Positions 25,490-37,439 of a stretch of DNA of 64,000 bases are shown piece by piece (position 1 is the stretch's first letter; each line of letters begins with the position of its first letter). Source of the DNA: Hemiscyllium ocellatum (lineage: Eukaryota). The stretch spans positions 19,031,966-19,095,965 of the forward strand of contig NC_083434.1 in assembly GCF_020745735.1 (NCBI RefSeq). The letters are read 5' to 3'. A program made the translations under genes and the position numbers. A model generated the notes under the pieces. That model did no database searches. It worked only from the letters and a program-made list of their open reading frames with translations, and was not told the origin of the DNA.

Positions 25490-28150
25490 CTTTTATTATT
25501 CACTCATGGGATATGAGCTTTGCTGGCTGAGCAAGCATTTTTTTTGCCCATCTATTATTGCCATTGAGAAGAGTGGTCAGCCTATTTGGTGTGCGTGCAT
25601 CCAAAATGCTGCAAGGGAATTCCACAATTTTTACCTAGCAACAATGAAGGAATGGTGATATATTTCAAAATCAAGATGGTGGATGGTTTCCCATATATTT
25701 GCTGTTCTTGTCCTCCTAGATGGTAGTGGCCATGAGTTTGAAAGGTGCTATCTAAGGAGCATTGGTGAGTTTCTGCCTGTACCATCTAAGTGGTACACAC
25801 TGTTGCTCTTGAGAGTTGGAGGCAAAGGGAGTGAGTGTTTGTGGACGTGGTGTCAGTCAAGCATGTTGCTTTGTCCTGGATGGTGTCAAGCTTCTTGTAT
25901 GCTGTACTTATCCAGGCAAGTGGGGAGTAGTATATCACACTCCTGAATTGGGCCTTGTAAATGGTGGACAGGCTTTGGGAGTCATGAGCAAGTTATTCAC
26001 AACAAGAATCTGAGCCTCTGATCTACTATAGTAGCCAGAATTCGGTTTCCGGTAATACCATTGAATGTCAAGAAATAATAGTTCAGTTCATTTATTGCAG
26101 ATAATTTTTGTCTGGTACTTGTGAGGCATGAATAACGTAACTTGCCACTTAAAGGGCTGCTTCACTACCTGCGAAGTCACGAATGATGCTGAATCTTATG
26201 CAACCATTATTAAACAACTCACTTTTGGCTTTAAAACGAAGCGGATAGAACTGATTGAGTAGCTGAAGAGAATTGGACCTAGGACATTCTTCTGATGAAC
26301 TCCCGCAGAGATGTACTAGAGCAGAGATGATGGACCTCCAACAAACAACTATCTTCCTATGTGTCAGGCATGACTCCAATTCATGGAGATGTTTCCCCCA
26401 ATTCTCATTGACTACATTTTTGCTAGGGCTCCCTGATGCCTCATTCGGTCAAATGCAGCCTTGACTCTCCCCTCATTTCTCGAATTCAATACTTTTGTCC
26501 ACATTTGAACCCAGACAATAATGAGGTCCCCAGCAGAACCCAGAATGAGTGTCAGTTAGCAGGTTATTGCTAAACGAGAGCGGCTTGATAGCACTTTTGC
26601 TGACCCTTTCTGATGACTACAAATAGATCAATGGGGTCATAATTGGTTGGGTTGGATTTGCACTGTTTTTGTGTGCAGAACATATCTGGGCAAGTTTTCA
26701 CATTAATGGGTAGATGCCTGTATTATCGCTGTAATGGAACAACTTGGCTAGGGACACAGCAAGTTCTGGAGCACAAGTTTTCAGGATTACTGTGGAATAT
26801 TGTCAAGGCCCATAACCTGTAGCCTTTGTTAATCTGTGCTTGCAGCCTTTCCTTGATAGCATGTAGAAAGAATCAAATTGACTTGCATTTGTGAAGCTGG
26901 AAACCTTCAGATGAGGCTGCAATGAATCATCCACTTAGCACTTCTGGCTGAAGATTGATGTGACTGCTTCAGCCTTATCTTTTGCACAAATGTGCTGGAT
27001 GCTGCCATCATTAAGGATGGCAATACTTACAGACACTCTTCATCCAATGAGTTGACTGCAGAGCTTAGATGTGGCCTTTGGTTGTGAAATCACATAGTTC
27101 TCTCTACTACTTACCACCTATGCTGTTTATCACATAAGCAGCCGTGTGTTGTAGCTTCATCAGTTTGACAACTTGTTTTTAGGTTTTCATGATTCTGCTC
27201 TCAAAGTGCCTTTCTGTTATGTTAGTTGCACCAGAGTTGATCCACTGGCTTGATGGTCATGGTAGGGTGTAGTTATGCTGTGCCACAAGGTTACAGGTTG
27301 TGTTGGAAGTACAATTCCATGGCTTCTGTTGGCGTCTTGGATGCCCAACCTAGAGTTGCTAGATTTGTTTGAAGTCTATTCCATTTGGCATGGTGATTGT
27401 GCTTACATCATGATAAGGGTATGCTCAAGGTGAAGGTGGGACTCTGTCTCCACAAGGACGAGGCAGTCGTCATTCATACCTATACTGTCATAAACAATTC
27501 CATCTGAAGCAGGTAGATTGGTGAGGATGAGGTCAAGTCTCTTTTTCCCTCTTGTTGGTTCTCTCAGATACAGTTGAGCAGCTAAGTCCTTTGGGACTGA
27601 ATCAGCTTATTAGTACTGGCATTGCTGAGCCATTCTCAGTGATGGACATTGAAGTCACCATCTGAGCCAGTACTTCCTTCAAGTGCTGTTAATCATGAAG
27701 AGGAACTCATTCAATAACTAGCTGAGGGAGGGGAGGGTGATATCGGTAGTGAGCAGGAATTTTTCTTGCCCATGTTTGACCTGATGGCATGAAATAGTCA
27801 CTGTTGAGGACCCCCAGGGAACCTCCCTAAACTATAAGTCATCTGCATCCACCCTGTTGGATCTGGCAGGACAGAGACAGGGGTGGTGATTGGTTTGTCT
27901 TAGACACTGTAGCATTTGATTCCATGAGTATGACAATACTCAGCTTTTACTTGACTAGCCTGAGACAGCTCTCCTGATTTTGGCACTAGTGCCCAAATGT
28001 TACCATGGAGGATTTTGTGGGGTCATAAGGGTATGTTTGCAGTTGTCATTTCCAATGCCTTAGTTAATACGAATTGGTCACTTCAGGTTTGTTCAATTTT
28101 TTTTAAAAAAAGACTTTGTAGCAATTGATACAATTAAGTGGCTTGTTTGG
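25490..28150 (-). mobile_element. Long decayed L2/CR1-superfamily LINE
   Basis: 3' end homologous to the TGAATGAA-terminated tail at ~5280-5390; related debris at ~30330-32200 and 62480-63720 (GVLQGSVL..IFSCFI). Confidence 0.55.
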
Positions 28151-28456
28151 TTGGTTAGTAAATTTAAATTTTAACATCTGCTGTGGTGGGATTCAAATCC
28201 TGTTTCCAGAAAATTAACTGGGTCATTCGTTTACAAGTCTAGTTACAATACCAGCAGGTCATTACCTTCCAAATCTGTACCCAAACAAACTATTAAACTC
28301 TTCAAGTATCACTCATCTGCCAACTGCAGGGGAATGGACAAAGCCATTCAAATCAAAAATACGTAAGCACAACATTGCAAAATATAGCAAAGGCAACTGC
28401 ATATGGCTTCTACACTATAGGCAATTGATTGATTGACAGATATTGTCATACTGCAC

Positions 28457-28730
28457 AGATTAGATTCCCTACAGTGTGGAAACAGGCCATTTGGCCCACA
28501 AGTCCACACTGATCCTCCAAAGAGTAATCCATCCAGAGCCATTTCCCTCTGACTAATGCACCTAATACTCTGGGTAAATTAGCATAGCCGATTCACCTGA
28601 CCAGCCTATCTTTTACGTGGGAGGAAACTAGAACACCCAAAGGAAACCCATGCAGACAGTCGCCTGAGGCTGGAATCGAACCCCTCTCTTGACGCTGTGA
28701 GGCAGCTGCACTAACCACTAAGCCACCCCA
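28457..28730 (-). mobile_element. HE1-like SINE
   Basis: Homology to 14132-14460. Confidence 0.72.
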
Positions 28731-29039
28731 CAGAAGAGGTCCTTTCACCCATCAAGTCTATCTACACTGATCCCATTTTCCAGAATATGGCCCATTCTTG
28801 AACATTATATTTCACATGCTCATCTGTTTATGTTTTAAAGGTTCAGAAGTTTCCTGCCTCTATTACCTTCCAGGTAGTGCAAGCCAGATTCTCATCACCC
28901 CTGGATACGTAGATAATAGATTCATCAAATGCGCAGTTAGGTAAATGGCAGGATTTCTGAATGGACAGGTATGAGAATGGCAGTATCATTGGATAGACAG
29001 GTAGTTAGTTGACTACATTTCTGGATGGATACCTGGATA

Positions 29040-29280
29040 GAGATGACTAGTAGTATGATTGCAATACTATGAATGTTCTGGGGACCCAGGTTTGAATTCC
29101 ATCATGGTATCTGGAATTAAGAATCTACTGTGACCATAAAAGCATTACCAATTGTCAGAAAAACTCATCTGGCTCACTGCTGTCTGTCAGAGAAGGAACT
29201 CTGCCATCCTCATCTGCTGCAGCCTACATGCAACTCCAGACCCACAGCAATATGGTCGATGCTCAACCGCCCTCTAATAC
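29040..29280 (+). mobile_element. Older SINE of a second family (related copy at ~15720-16080, -)
   Basis: B-box-like GGTTTGAATTCC and shared ACTCCAGACCCACAGCAAT motif. Confidence 0.5.
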
Positions 29281-29386
29281 AAATGACTGGCTCACTGGAC
29301 AGGGAGCAGGCTGGATGGACACGAGGAGACAGATGGAGACCAGCATGAACAGATTCTATTCGCTCCCTAATGTCACAGACTCTCAC

Positions 29387-29465
29387 CCAGACGACGCTGA
29401 AGTCCGAACGCCTGCAGCAAAGCACATTCAAACGTCGACCAGGACAGCCGCAGCCATAACGCCAT
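29387..29465 (-). CDS. MRPL32: MRPL32 exon 1 (mitochondrial presequence)
   Basis: ATG at 29465 (in-frame upstream TGA), MALWLRLSWSTFECALLQAFGLQRRL+G, donor G|GTGAGA. Its 79 nt give phase 1, matching exon 2; 79+188+258=525 nt = 174 aa + stop. Lies in the CpG island opposite PSMA2. Confidence 0.85.
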
Positions 29466-29790
29466 GACCGAGGAGGAGATAGAGCCGACAATGGCTGGCC
29501 ACTGGGAGTTCAACCCAGTGCGCAGGCGCGTCAATCATACCGCCAGTGGATAGGTTGCAGCATGTGCACGTGATCGCGACCGGAAGCTCGAGCTGACCGT
29601 TCAATTGTTTTTAAAAGACTACAGTTCCCAGAATCCCTTGCATAGGGCTGCAGGTCGGACTCCGGCGCTGTGCATGCCGGATATTATAGTCAGCAGTCCG
29701 TTTTCCACCAAAGGTTAGCGGATATGACGTAATTTCCAGTCACCCTTCCACTCCCAGCATTCCAAAGTGTGAGCGGCAGAAAGATGGCGG
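29466..29790. promoter_or_regulatory. Bidirectional CpG-island promoter shared by MRPL32 and PSMA2
   Basis: 318 bp between divergent ATGs. Motifs: NRF1-like TGCGCAGGCGC (~29519), E-box CACGTG (29567-72), ETS CCGGAAG (~29580), ZNF143/Staf ACTACA-type sites GACTACAGTTCCCAGAATCC (29617, +) and ACTATAATATCCGGCATGC (~29672-29690, -), CRE-like TGACGTAA (29725-32), YY1-type AAGATGGCGG over the PSMA2 ATG. Confidence 0.85.
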
Positions 29791-29824
29791 ACCGGGGGTA
29801 CAGCTTCTCCCTCACCACGTTCAG
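29784..29824 (+). CDS. PSMA2: PSMA2 (proteasome 20S subunit alpha 2) exon 1
   Basis: MADRGYSFSLTTFS, the alpha-2 N-terminal signature; donor AG|GTAAAC; 41 nt. Confidence 0.97.
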
Positions 29825-32740
29825 GTAAACTGGGCGACCAAACCGTCGTTCGATACCCACTCAGTGGGTGAAGGAATCCCCTCCGTGTGAGGACAGCTGC
29901 TTTTATCTGACCTTCAACATTGTCAAGCTTGAGGCGAGCTGCAGGCGCTGCGAGTTTGCAGAGTCACGGTTGCTGTTCCCCGGCCGCTGTCAGCAGGAGG
30001 CTCTCGGGCCGCTGCTGCTGCAGCATCTTCCTGGACTATTACCTCCGCGGGTTCGAGTTTTTTCCTCGATAATGTTGGAGGAGGTTGGCCCCAAGTCCAG
30101 GAGCGAACCGCGTACGCATTCGGTTTCGCTTTCGGTCTGGAGATTGTGCTGGAAGCACTCGGTTTGTTGGTCCTGTTGGCTCATTAACGACAGGAATAAT
30201 ACTTGATTAAAGCTGATGAGGAAAGGGGAGATAATGCTGAAACGTTTTGCTGCACCTGCATAACGGAAACCAGAAAAGTTTCATCACCTTGACCTAGTAG
30301 TTACGTGTATCTCCAGTCAAGAGTTTAAAAAAAAAAGTCGTGCTGCGGGTCGCTGTGACATGAGTTACCTATAATAAATAGGAGGAAAAACTGTACACGG
30401 ATAATTGTAATATTCCACACACTCATCCAGGCATTTGAGTAATCCATCAAACTCCTGACTTGAGTCAAGATGGGCAGGTTTTGGAGAGTCAGTGAGTTGC
30501 TCGCTGCAGTATTCCCAGCCTCTGACCTGCACTTGTAGCCACAGTATTTGGTCATTTAGATATTGTGGGGAATTCAACAATGGCAATACTTTTGGATGGT
30601 AATAATTAGATCTCATGAATAAAGGCTGTGGATGATTGAGTGAGGAATGAAGGTTCACCTAAAGTACAGTTTTAATTTTAATTGCAAATACAGCATGCCG
30701 AACATGGGATGTTGCAATTATACATTTATAGTTTCTCTTGACTAATTACAGGTTCCTGAAACTACAGTTACCCTGAAACAACCAGCGAATGCTGGAGAAA
30801 CTTAGCAGTTTGGCAGTTTCAGTGGAGAGAGAAACAGTTAACATTTAGAGTCCAGCATAACTTTGGTTCAGAACTGTGAATTCTGTGTTTGTTTAGGTTG
30901 ATTCTATCTTTTGTTGGGGGTGATCTTTGCCTGAACTTATATGCTACAAGTAAGAATGCTGTCTAGGTCTTGCTGCATATGGAGATGAAATGCTTCTGTA
31001 TTTCATGAGTTGTAAGTGGTACTGAACACAGCAGTCACTAGCAGACATTTCACTCTGACATTATAAAGAAGGGGAGGTCATTGTTTAAACGACTTAAGAT
31101 GGTCAGGCGTGGAGCATGACATTGACCAACTCCCGCAGCAATGTCTTGGAAATGAGCTGATTGATCTCCAACAGCTATAATCTTCCTTTGTGCTAGGTAT
31201 GTTTACATCCTGATTTGCAGTTAATTCAATTTTGCTCAGGCTCTTTGATGTTGAACTTTATTAAATATAGTCTCGATGTCAAGGATGGTCAGTATCACTT
31301 CATCTCTAGTTTTTAGTTCTTTTATCCATATTCAAACTAAGTCGGTAATAAGATCCAGAGCTGAGTGGGGCCGGACTGAACTTGAACTGAACTGACTAAG
31401 TGCTGTCAACATTCCTTCCACTGCTTTGATCATACAAATTTGTTTTTTTTTTGCCTTTTTTGTGGTTTTGACATCACTGGGCAATTTTCTGTATTACAGG
31501 CTGATCACTTCAAACAGTCCATTGAGGCTTGGCCTGTATTATCACAACAAAGTCGCATTAAGATGCTGGGTATTGAAGTCCCCCATCCCTAATGTATTAA
31601 ATGTCTGGTTATCCTCAGTGCTTCTTTCAAGTGACCTTCAATATGGAGGAGTACTAATTTATTAGTTGAGGAAGGCTGGAAGTGGCAGGACCCACAATAG
31701 AGGGATAACTTGCCTTGGGCCAGGAGTAGCACCTGCTAAGTAGTGATCAGGAACTTTCCTTGCCTGTATTCAGTCTGATGTGTTTGGAGTTTATGAAGTC
31801 CAAAATCAATATTAAGTGTTCTCAGGACCTCTTCCTTCCAACAGTTTCGCAGTCCCTGGTGGGTCGAAGCTGCCAGTGGGCCAGGGAGTGTCTTAGCATG
31901 ATGACAGAGGGCCCTTGACCAATGGTTGTCGGTTAGGATTCACTGAACATGATTGTCAAGTTGTTGTTTGACTAATCTATGGGTTAACTTTTGCAATTTT
32001 AGCACAATGTTCCAAGGTGTTAGTTGGTGGACTTTGAAGAGGTAGAATGTGCCTTTGTCATTTCTTGTACCCAGGTTGATACCAGGCAGTATGATTTCTC
32101 TGTCGTGGCTCTCTACAACTGAGTAGCTTGTTTAAAGTATTTCAGAAGATAAGTAGGAGGCAAAGACATTATTTCATATCTGGAGTTGCATGGTAGCTTT
32201 CCTTTCTTGAAGGACATTCGTGAGGCTTTTTAGGACGATCTGTTATTAATCAGTAGTATTTTATATCACACATTTTATAAAAATAATTTTAGATTATTTT
32301 GATTATCTCCTACATATTTTTGCATTTTTTTTCCCTACATAATGTTGTACTCTCCGATAGTCCTAACTCTCAGTTCATATTTTGTGTTCTTGGGAACTTG
32401 CCTGATTTTCCTATGGTTGCCAGAATCTTTAGCCTTACGATCTGTAACTTGTGAATCATCTTGAGAAGCTTTGTTATATGAACAGAAGTGGTTAATATTG
32501 TGGTGCTTCAAGATGCTGTATTATGTCACTTTGGTTTGGAGGTGAATTGCAAAGCCTGAGTGAAAGGTATCCTGACAGTTGTTTCATGCTAGTGCTTGTG
32601 GCTGCTGGTGGGTAAGATTTGAAACGCCTGGGATTATATTGAGAGGTGAAGGGGCTCAGGTTTTATCATTATTAGTGAAACTGAATCTATGTGTTTGCAC
32701 AGAATCTTAGAATCCTTACAGTGTGGAAGCAGGCCATTCA

Positions 32741-32880
32741 CAAGCCTCATTCCTGATGAAGGGCTTATGCCTGAAATATCGACTGTCCTGCTCCTTGGAT
32801 GCTGCCTAAACTGGCTGTGCTTTTCCAGCACCATCCTCTTCGACTCTTGATTTCCAGCATCTGCAGTCCTCACTTTCTCC
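32741..32880 (+). mobile_element. Solo PLE-A-type pLTR in PSMA2 intron 1
   Basis: CTGATGAAGGGCTTATGCCTGAAA...CCTCACTTTCTCC; TSD AAGCAGGCCATTCA at 32727-32740 and 32881-32894. Confidence 0.82.
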
Positions 32881-33908
32881 AAGCAGGCCATTCAGCCATC
32901 AAGTTCGCACCAACCCAACCTCCCATGCCTGTAACCCTGAATTTAAAGAAGATACAAAGAAAACATTCAACAGCTGACTGGCTTTGAAATTTGTATTTTT
33001 CAGTAAATCTTGATCAGGTGTTTTATTGGGCCAGTATTGTAGAGGAGAAGGAAATAGATAGGATTAGATAAAGGAGTTGTAAATAGTTGTTAGTTCATAT
33101 TCTCTGTTAGACTTTTTAAAAAAAAAGTTGTTCATTTTTACTTTAAATGGTGAGTTTTGGGATAGTTCTTTGCCCCTCAAATTTTCACAGATTACCGTGG
33201 CGTTGCGGGGGTGTGATTTACTTCATGTCGTAAGCGTAGCTGTAGCCTTCCTCATTGATTCCAGTATTTGTGAATTAGAATGGTGGGTGATTGGATGGAA
33301 TGGATCCTGGTCACTATCCAGTTCCTGTAACTAGAAGGTGGTGATGTGAGGTTCAATAAACTACTGATTCTCACTTAGTTTGCCAAGAAAATTGGCAGAG
33401 GTGGTTTGGAATGATCCTTGCTGTCCATAATGCTGCAACCTTGTGAGGTTTAAACAGAGTAGCAGACATTGTTGAAAGAAAGCTGAATGTTATGCCTCTG
33501 TGTATACCTGGGCATGGTATTGACTGTATTAATAGATATTTATTCTGGTTATGGTAGCAGAGGTTTCCAATGTGGTTACGTTGTTCATTTTGCAGTCGTT
33601 CTTATGCTCTGCAGAAAGGCTCTAGATAAAGAAAGCCTTGAATAAGGTAAAGCAGGAAACAATCCAGAATTGCTTCATGTCTGCAATTTTCTTTGAAGCT
33701 AATGATAACAGGTGTAATGAATTTTCATCATTTGATGTCAGAGGATGACACTGAAGCTGCATGTTTCTTAAAATTAGGATTAAAAAAGAACGAACTTTTA
33801 ACTGGCTGAGCTCATTTTTAATGGTGGGGGGCGGGGTGACAAGACTCTGTTTCCTCATTTTAGTGTAAAATCTCTGCTACACCTCCCTGAAAGCTTATAA
33901 AGCTACTA

Positions 33909-34257
33909 GGGTAGATTAGTGGTTAGCACTGCTGCCTCAACGCAAGGAACCCAGGTTCAATTCCACCCTCAGGTGGAATTTGTGGAGTTTGTACATTTTC
34001 CTGATGTCTGTGAGGGTTTCTTCTGGGTGCTTCAGTATCCTCCCACAGTCCACAGGTGTGTAGGTTAGGTGGGTTGGCCATGCTAAATTGCACATAGTAT
34101 ACAGGGATGTGTAGGCTACCTGGATTAACAATAGGGAAATGCAGCGTTACGGGGATAGGGTAGGGGTGTGCATCTGGGTGGGATGCTCTTCACAGGAACA
34201 GTGTGGACTTGATGGGCCGAATGGCCTGCTTTCCCACTGTAGAGATTCTATGATCTA
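33909..34257 (+). mobile_element. HE1-like SINE just upstream of PSMA2 exon 2
   Basis: AGTGGTTAGCACTGCTGCCTC...GGTTCAATTCC...GGGCCGAATGGCCTGCTTTCC. Confidence 0.75.
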
Positions 34258-34391
34258 TAAACTAAATCTGTTTTTGGTGTTTCAGTATAACAATTACAAA
34301 ATTGAATTGAAAAGTCTAGGAAGGAAAATTATCCATCAGAAGTGCTCTACGTTTCAGTTTCATACGTACTGTTTTGTATCTTATTTTGCAG

Positions 34392-34468
34392 CCCTTCAGG
34401 CAAACTCGTCCAGATTGAATATGCCTTGGCAGCTGTAGCGGCAGGAGCTCCAGCAGTGGGAATCAAAG
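34392..34468 (+). CDS. PSMA2: PSMA2 exon 2
   Basis: (S)[25 protein letters not shown]; ttgcag/gt; 77 nt. Confidence 0.97.
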
Positions 34469-35010
34469 GTATGGACAATAGTACAACCACTGTGCTCTTT
34501 TAACCTCATCAAGGCTGACCAGCTGTGCAAAGAAATTTTCTTTGCCAAATTTTGTTTATAATATCTTGTATCAGAAGTTAGCTAAGCACATTGCTGACGT
34601 AACTGTCATTTATTGCACTTTGTTAGTAACCCTTGTGATTTTGGTGACGGTTTGGCATCTTTAAACATTGCAATTCATCTGATCAAGGTGTTGTCATATA
34701 GTGCCATAGATAGAGAATGAGTAGGATGGAAATGGATATGTATCTCCACCTTGGGGTGGCATGTGACTTGTCAATGAACTTATGATGTCCTGGAAATGTC
34801 CTAGAAGATTGAAAAGCAGTCAAAGTAACATCGCTGTTGAATAAGGGTGTGAGACAAAGATGGGTAATTATTGACCCATTAGCTTCACATCTGTCATAGT
34901 CATGCTGCACAGAAACATGGGAAAATATTAGTTAATATAAGGATCAAAGAACAGAACGTTTAGAAGTACATAATGTAATCAAGTGGACTCAGCATGATTT
35001 CATTAAGGGG

Positions 35011-35260
35011 TAGATTAGATTCCCTACAGTGTGGAAACAGGCCCTTCGGCCCAACAAGCCCACATCGACCCTTCGAAGAGTAACACACCCAGACCCATTT
35101 CCCTCTGACTAATGCACCTAACACTGTGGGCAATTTAGCATGGCCAATTCACCTGACCTGCACATCGTTGGACTATGGGAGGAAACCGGAGGAAACCCAC
35201 GCAGACACGTGGAGAATGTGCAAACTCCACATAAAGACCATTGCCCAAGGCTGGAATTAA
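35011..35260 (-). mobile_element. 5'-truncated HE1-like SINE
   Basis: Homology to 14132-14460. Confidence 0.72.
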
Positions 35261-37043
35261 TCATGCCTTGTCTGAATTCTTTGAGAAAGTAGTTGAAAGA
35301 GAATCGATAGATGTGATGTGGACTTCCAAAAGGTGGTCAATAAGGTACTGACCAGGTAAATGCAAAGAAGTTTCCTTTTATCAGAGAGTCGAGGATCAGA
35401 GGGCATAATCTCAGAGTATGAGGTTGCCCATTTAGTACAGATAAGGATTTTCTTCCTAGAAGATAATTTGACTCTTTACAAAAGAGCGTTGTCAAGGCTG
35501 GGACATTAAGAATATTTAAGGTAGAGATTTACAGGTTTTTAATCAGTAAGGAAATCGAGTTATGGCAGAAAGACAGAACAGTGGAGTTGAGAATTATCAG
35601 TTCAGCCCTGATTTTATTGAATGAAGAATGGGGACTCTGAACTGAACAGCCTACTTCTGTTCCTAGTCTTCTTGAGAAAAGTTCCCCTCACATCTGTCTT
35701 CATTGGCAAACCTCAGTTTTAAGCTTTTGATTCTATTCTTTGTTTTAATTTATCACGTGGACAAATGTCCTTTCTGCATTTAGTCTGGACAGTCCTCTGA
35801 GGATTTTGTGTCAATATGATTACCATTTGTTCTTCTGAACTCCAGTGGTTAAAGGTGCAAATTGTTCAACCTTTCCTTATCAGATAAGCCCTTTATCCCA
35901 GTAGTGAATCTTCTCTGAACTGCTTCGAACATACGTATATCCTTTTTCAAACAAGGAGAGCAAAATCGTACATAGTATTCTAAATGTGGCCTCACCAAGG
36001 CTCAATTCAGCTGCAGTAAAGTTTTGCTGCTGTTGTATTTGATCTCCTTTGTAAGTAATTGCAATATTCCGTTTGCCTTCGTAATCACAGGGTAGCTAGA
36101 TAGATCAGCTGGACAAGTATAGGAAAGATTCATGAGTGTATTCCAGGGACGAGTAACTTCAATTACATGGATCCATTGGAAAAGGTGGAGATCACCTTGA
36201 AGAGAAGATTAAGCAGAGATTTGATGGAGTGTGGAATCTGGCAAAATTGATGGGGAGAAACGTTTTTTGGCAGAGGGATTGAGAGCAGGAGAATGTTGAT
36301 TTCAGCTGATTTGCAAAAGATTCAATGATGACATGTTGAAAACCCCCTTTTTTTTTTGACAGTGTCTCCTGAATGCCTTGCCTAAAAGTTTAGGGAAGGC
36401 CAATTCATTTGGCGCTTTCCAAAGAGAATTATCGGAAAAGGAAATCTTCAGAGAGAGGATGAAATGGAAGTGGAATGAATTTGGGTGAATTGGGCTAGCA
36501 GATAACCAATGGAGATATGACAGACTGAAAGGCAGCCTCTTGTGCTGTAGTAATTCCATGGTAAAGTAATTAAGACATATAATTGAGACAAATCATATAA
36601 GAACACACAGGGTTTTGCTAGAGCAGCGTAAAACTAGTTAGGTCAGAATAAAGGTGTGGTTGCACTTATGAGAGTGTTAGCAGATGTTGCTAATTCTGTC
36701 TTATTATTGAATTTAATACTAGAAAGATTAGATTTGCTGTGGAATGGAGGAAGCTGAGAAGTTTTAATAAAGATGTATAAAATTATGAGTGGCCATGCAA
36801 CAGGAGATAAGAAAAAACTATTTTATCTTGAAAGTTACAGATTAAAAGTAATTAATAGAAGGATTAAAGGGGAGTGAAGTGTTCTTTTCATCTGAAGCAT
36901 CGTGGCAATTTGGAACTCGCTGCTTGCAAGGTTGGCAGAGTTAGCACTCCTCATTGTATTTAACAAGTAGGTTTATATGTACTTGATGTGCTATAAACTG
37001 TAAAGCTATTTATTAAAAGCAGGAAAGTGGGATTAGCTTGGGT

Positions 37044-37140
37044 TTCTGAGGAAGGGTCATTGGACCCAAAACATTTACTGATTTCTCTCCAAAGATACAG
37101 CCAGACTTGCTGAGCTTTTCCAACAATTTTTGGTTTTGTT
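37044..37140 (+). mobile_element. Old PLE pLTR (family C)
   Basis: CTGAGGAAGGGTCATTGGACCCAAAACATT...CCAGACTTGCTGAGCTTTTCC; related copies at ~20710-20820 and ~30775-30880. Confidence 0.55.
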
Positions 37141-37439
37141 AACCAGGAGATACGTTTTTAGTCGGCACAGAAATGCTGGAAAAAAAATTGTCTTCTATTC
37201 TGTGAACTTTTAATTTGCGCGGAAATCAGCACCTGCTTGATGTAGGGCTCTTTTCTGAAGTCACTGATTGTCACTGCCATCGATGGAACAAATACTCATT
37301 TGTGAAATGATTGCCCCTTGCTGATGCTGTTTCCTCTGAGTCAAACAGTTGTGGGTTCAAATTTTTTGCCAGGCTGACTTTTTATAATATCGACTGAGCA
37401 ATGAAGTAATATATTGTCTTGAGATGATGAGATGCTAGG

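Noticed and set aside
29689-29780. NFE2L1/ARE element expected in proteasome promoters
   Set aside because: Only half-site matches (GTCAGCA, TGAGCGGCA); no full TGA(C/G)NNNGC found.
29210-30206. Track ORFs at 29210-29491, 29228-29467 and 29868-30206
   Set aside because: GC-rich promoter/intron artefacts; the real exons are in other frames with valid splice sites.
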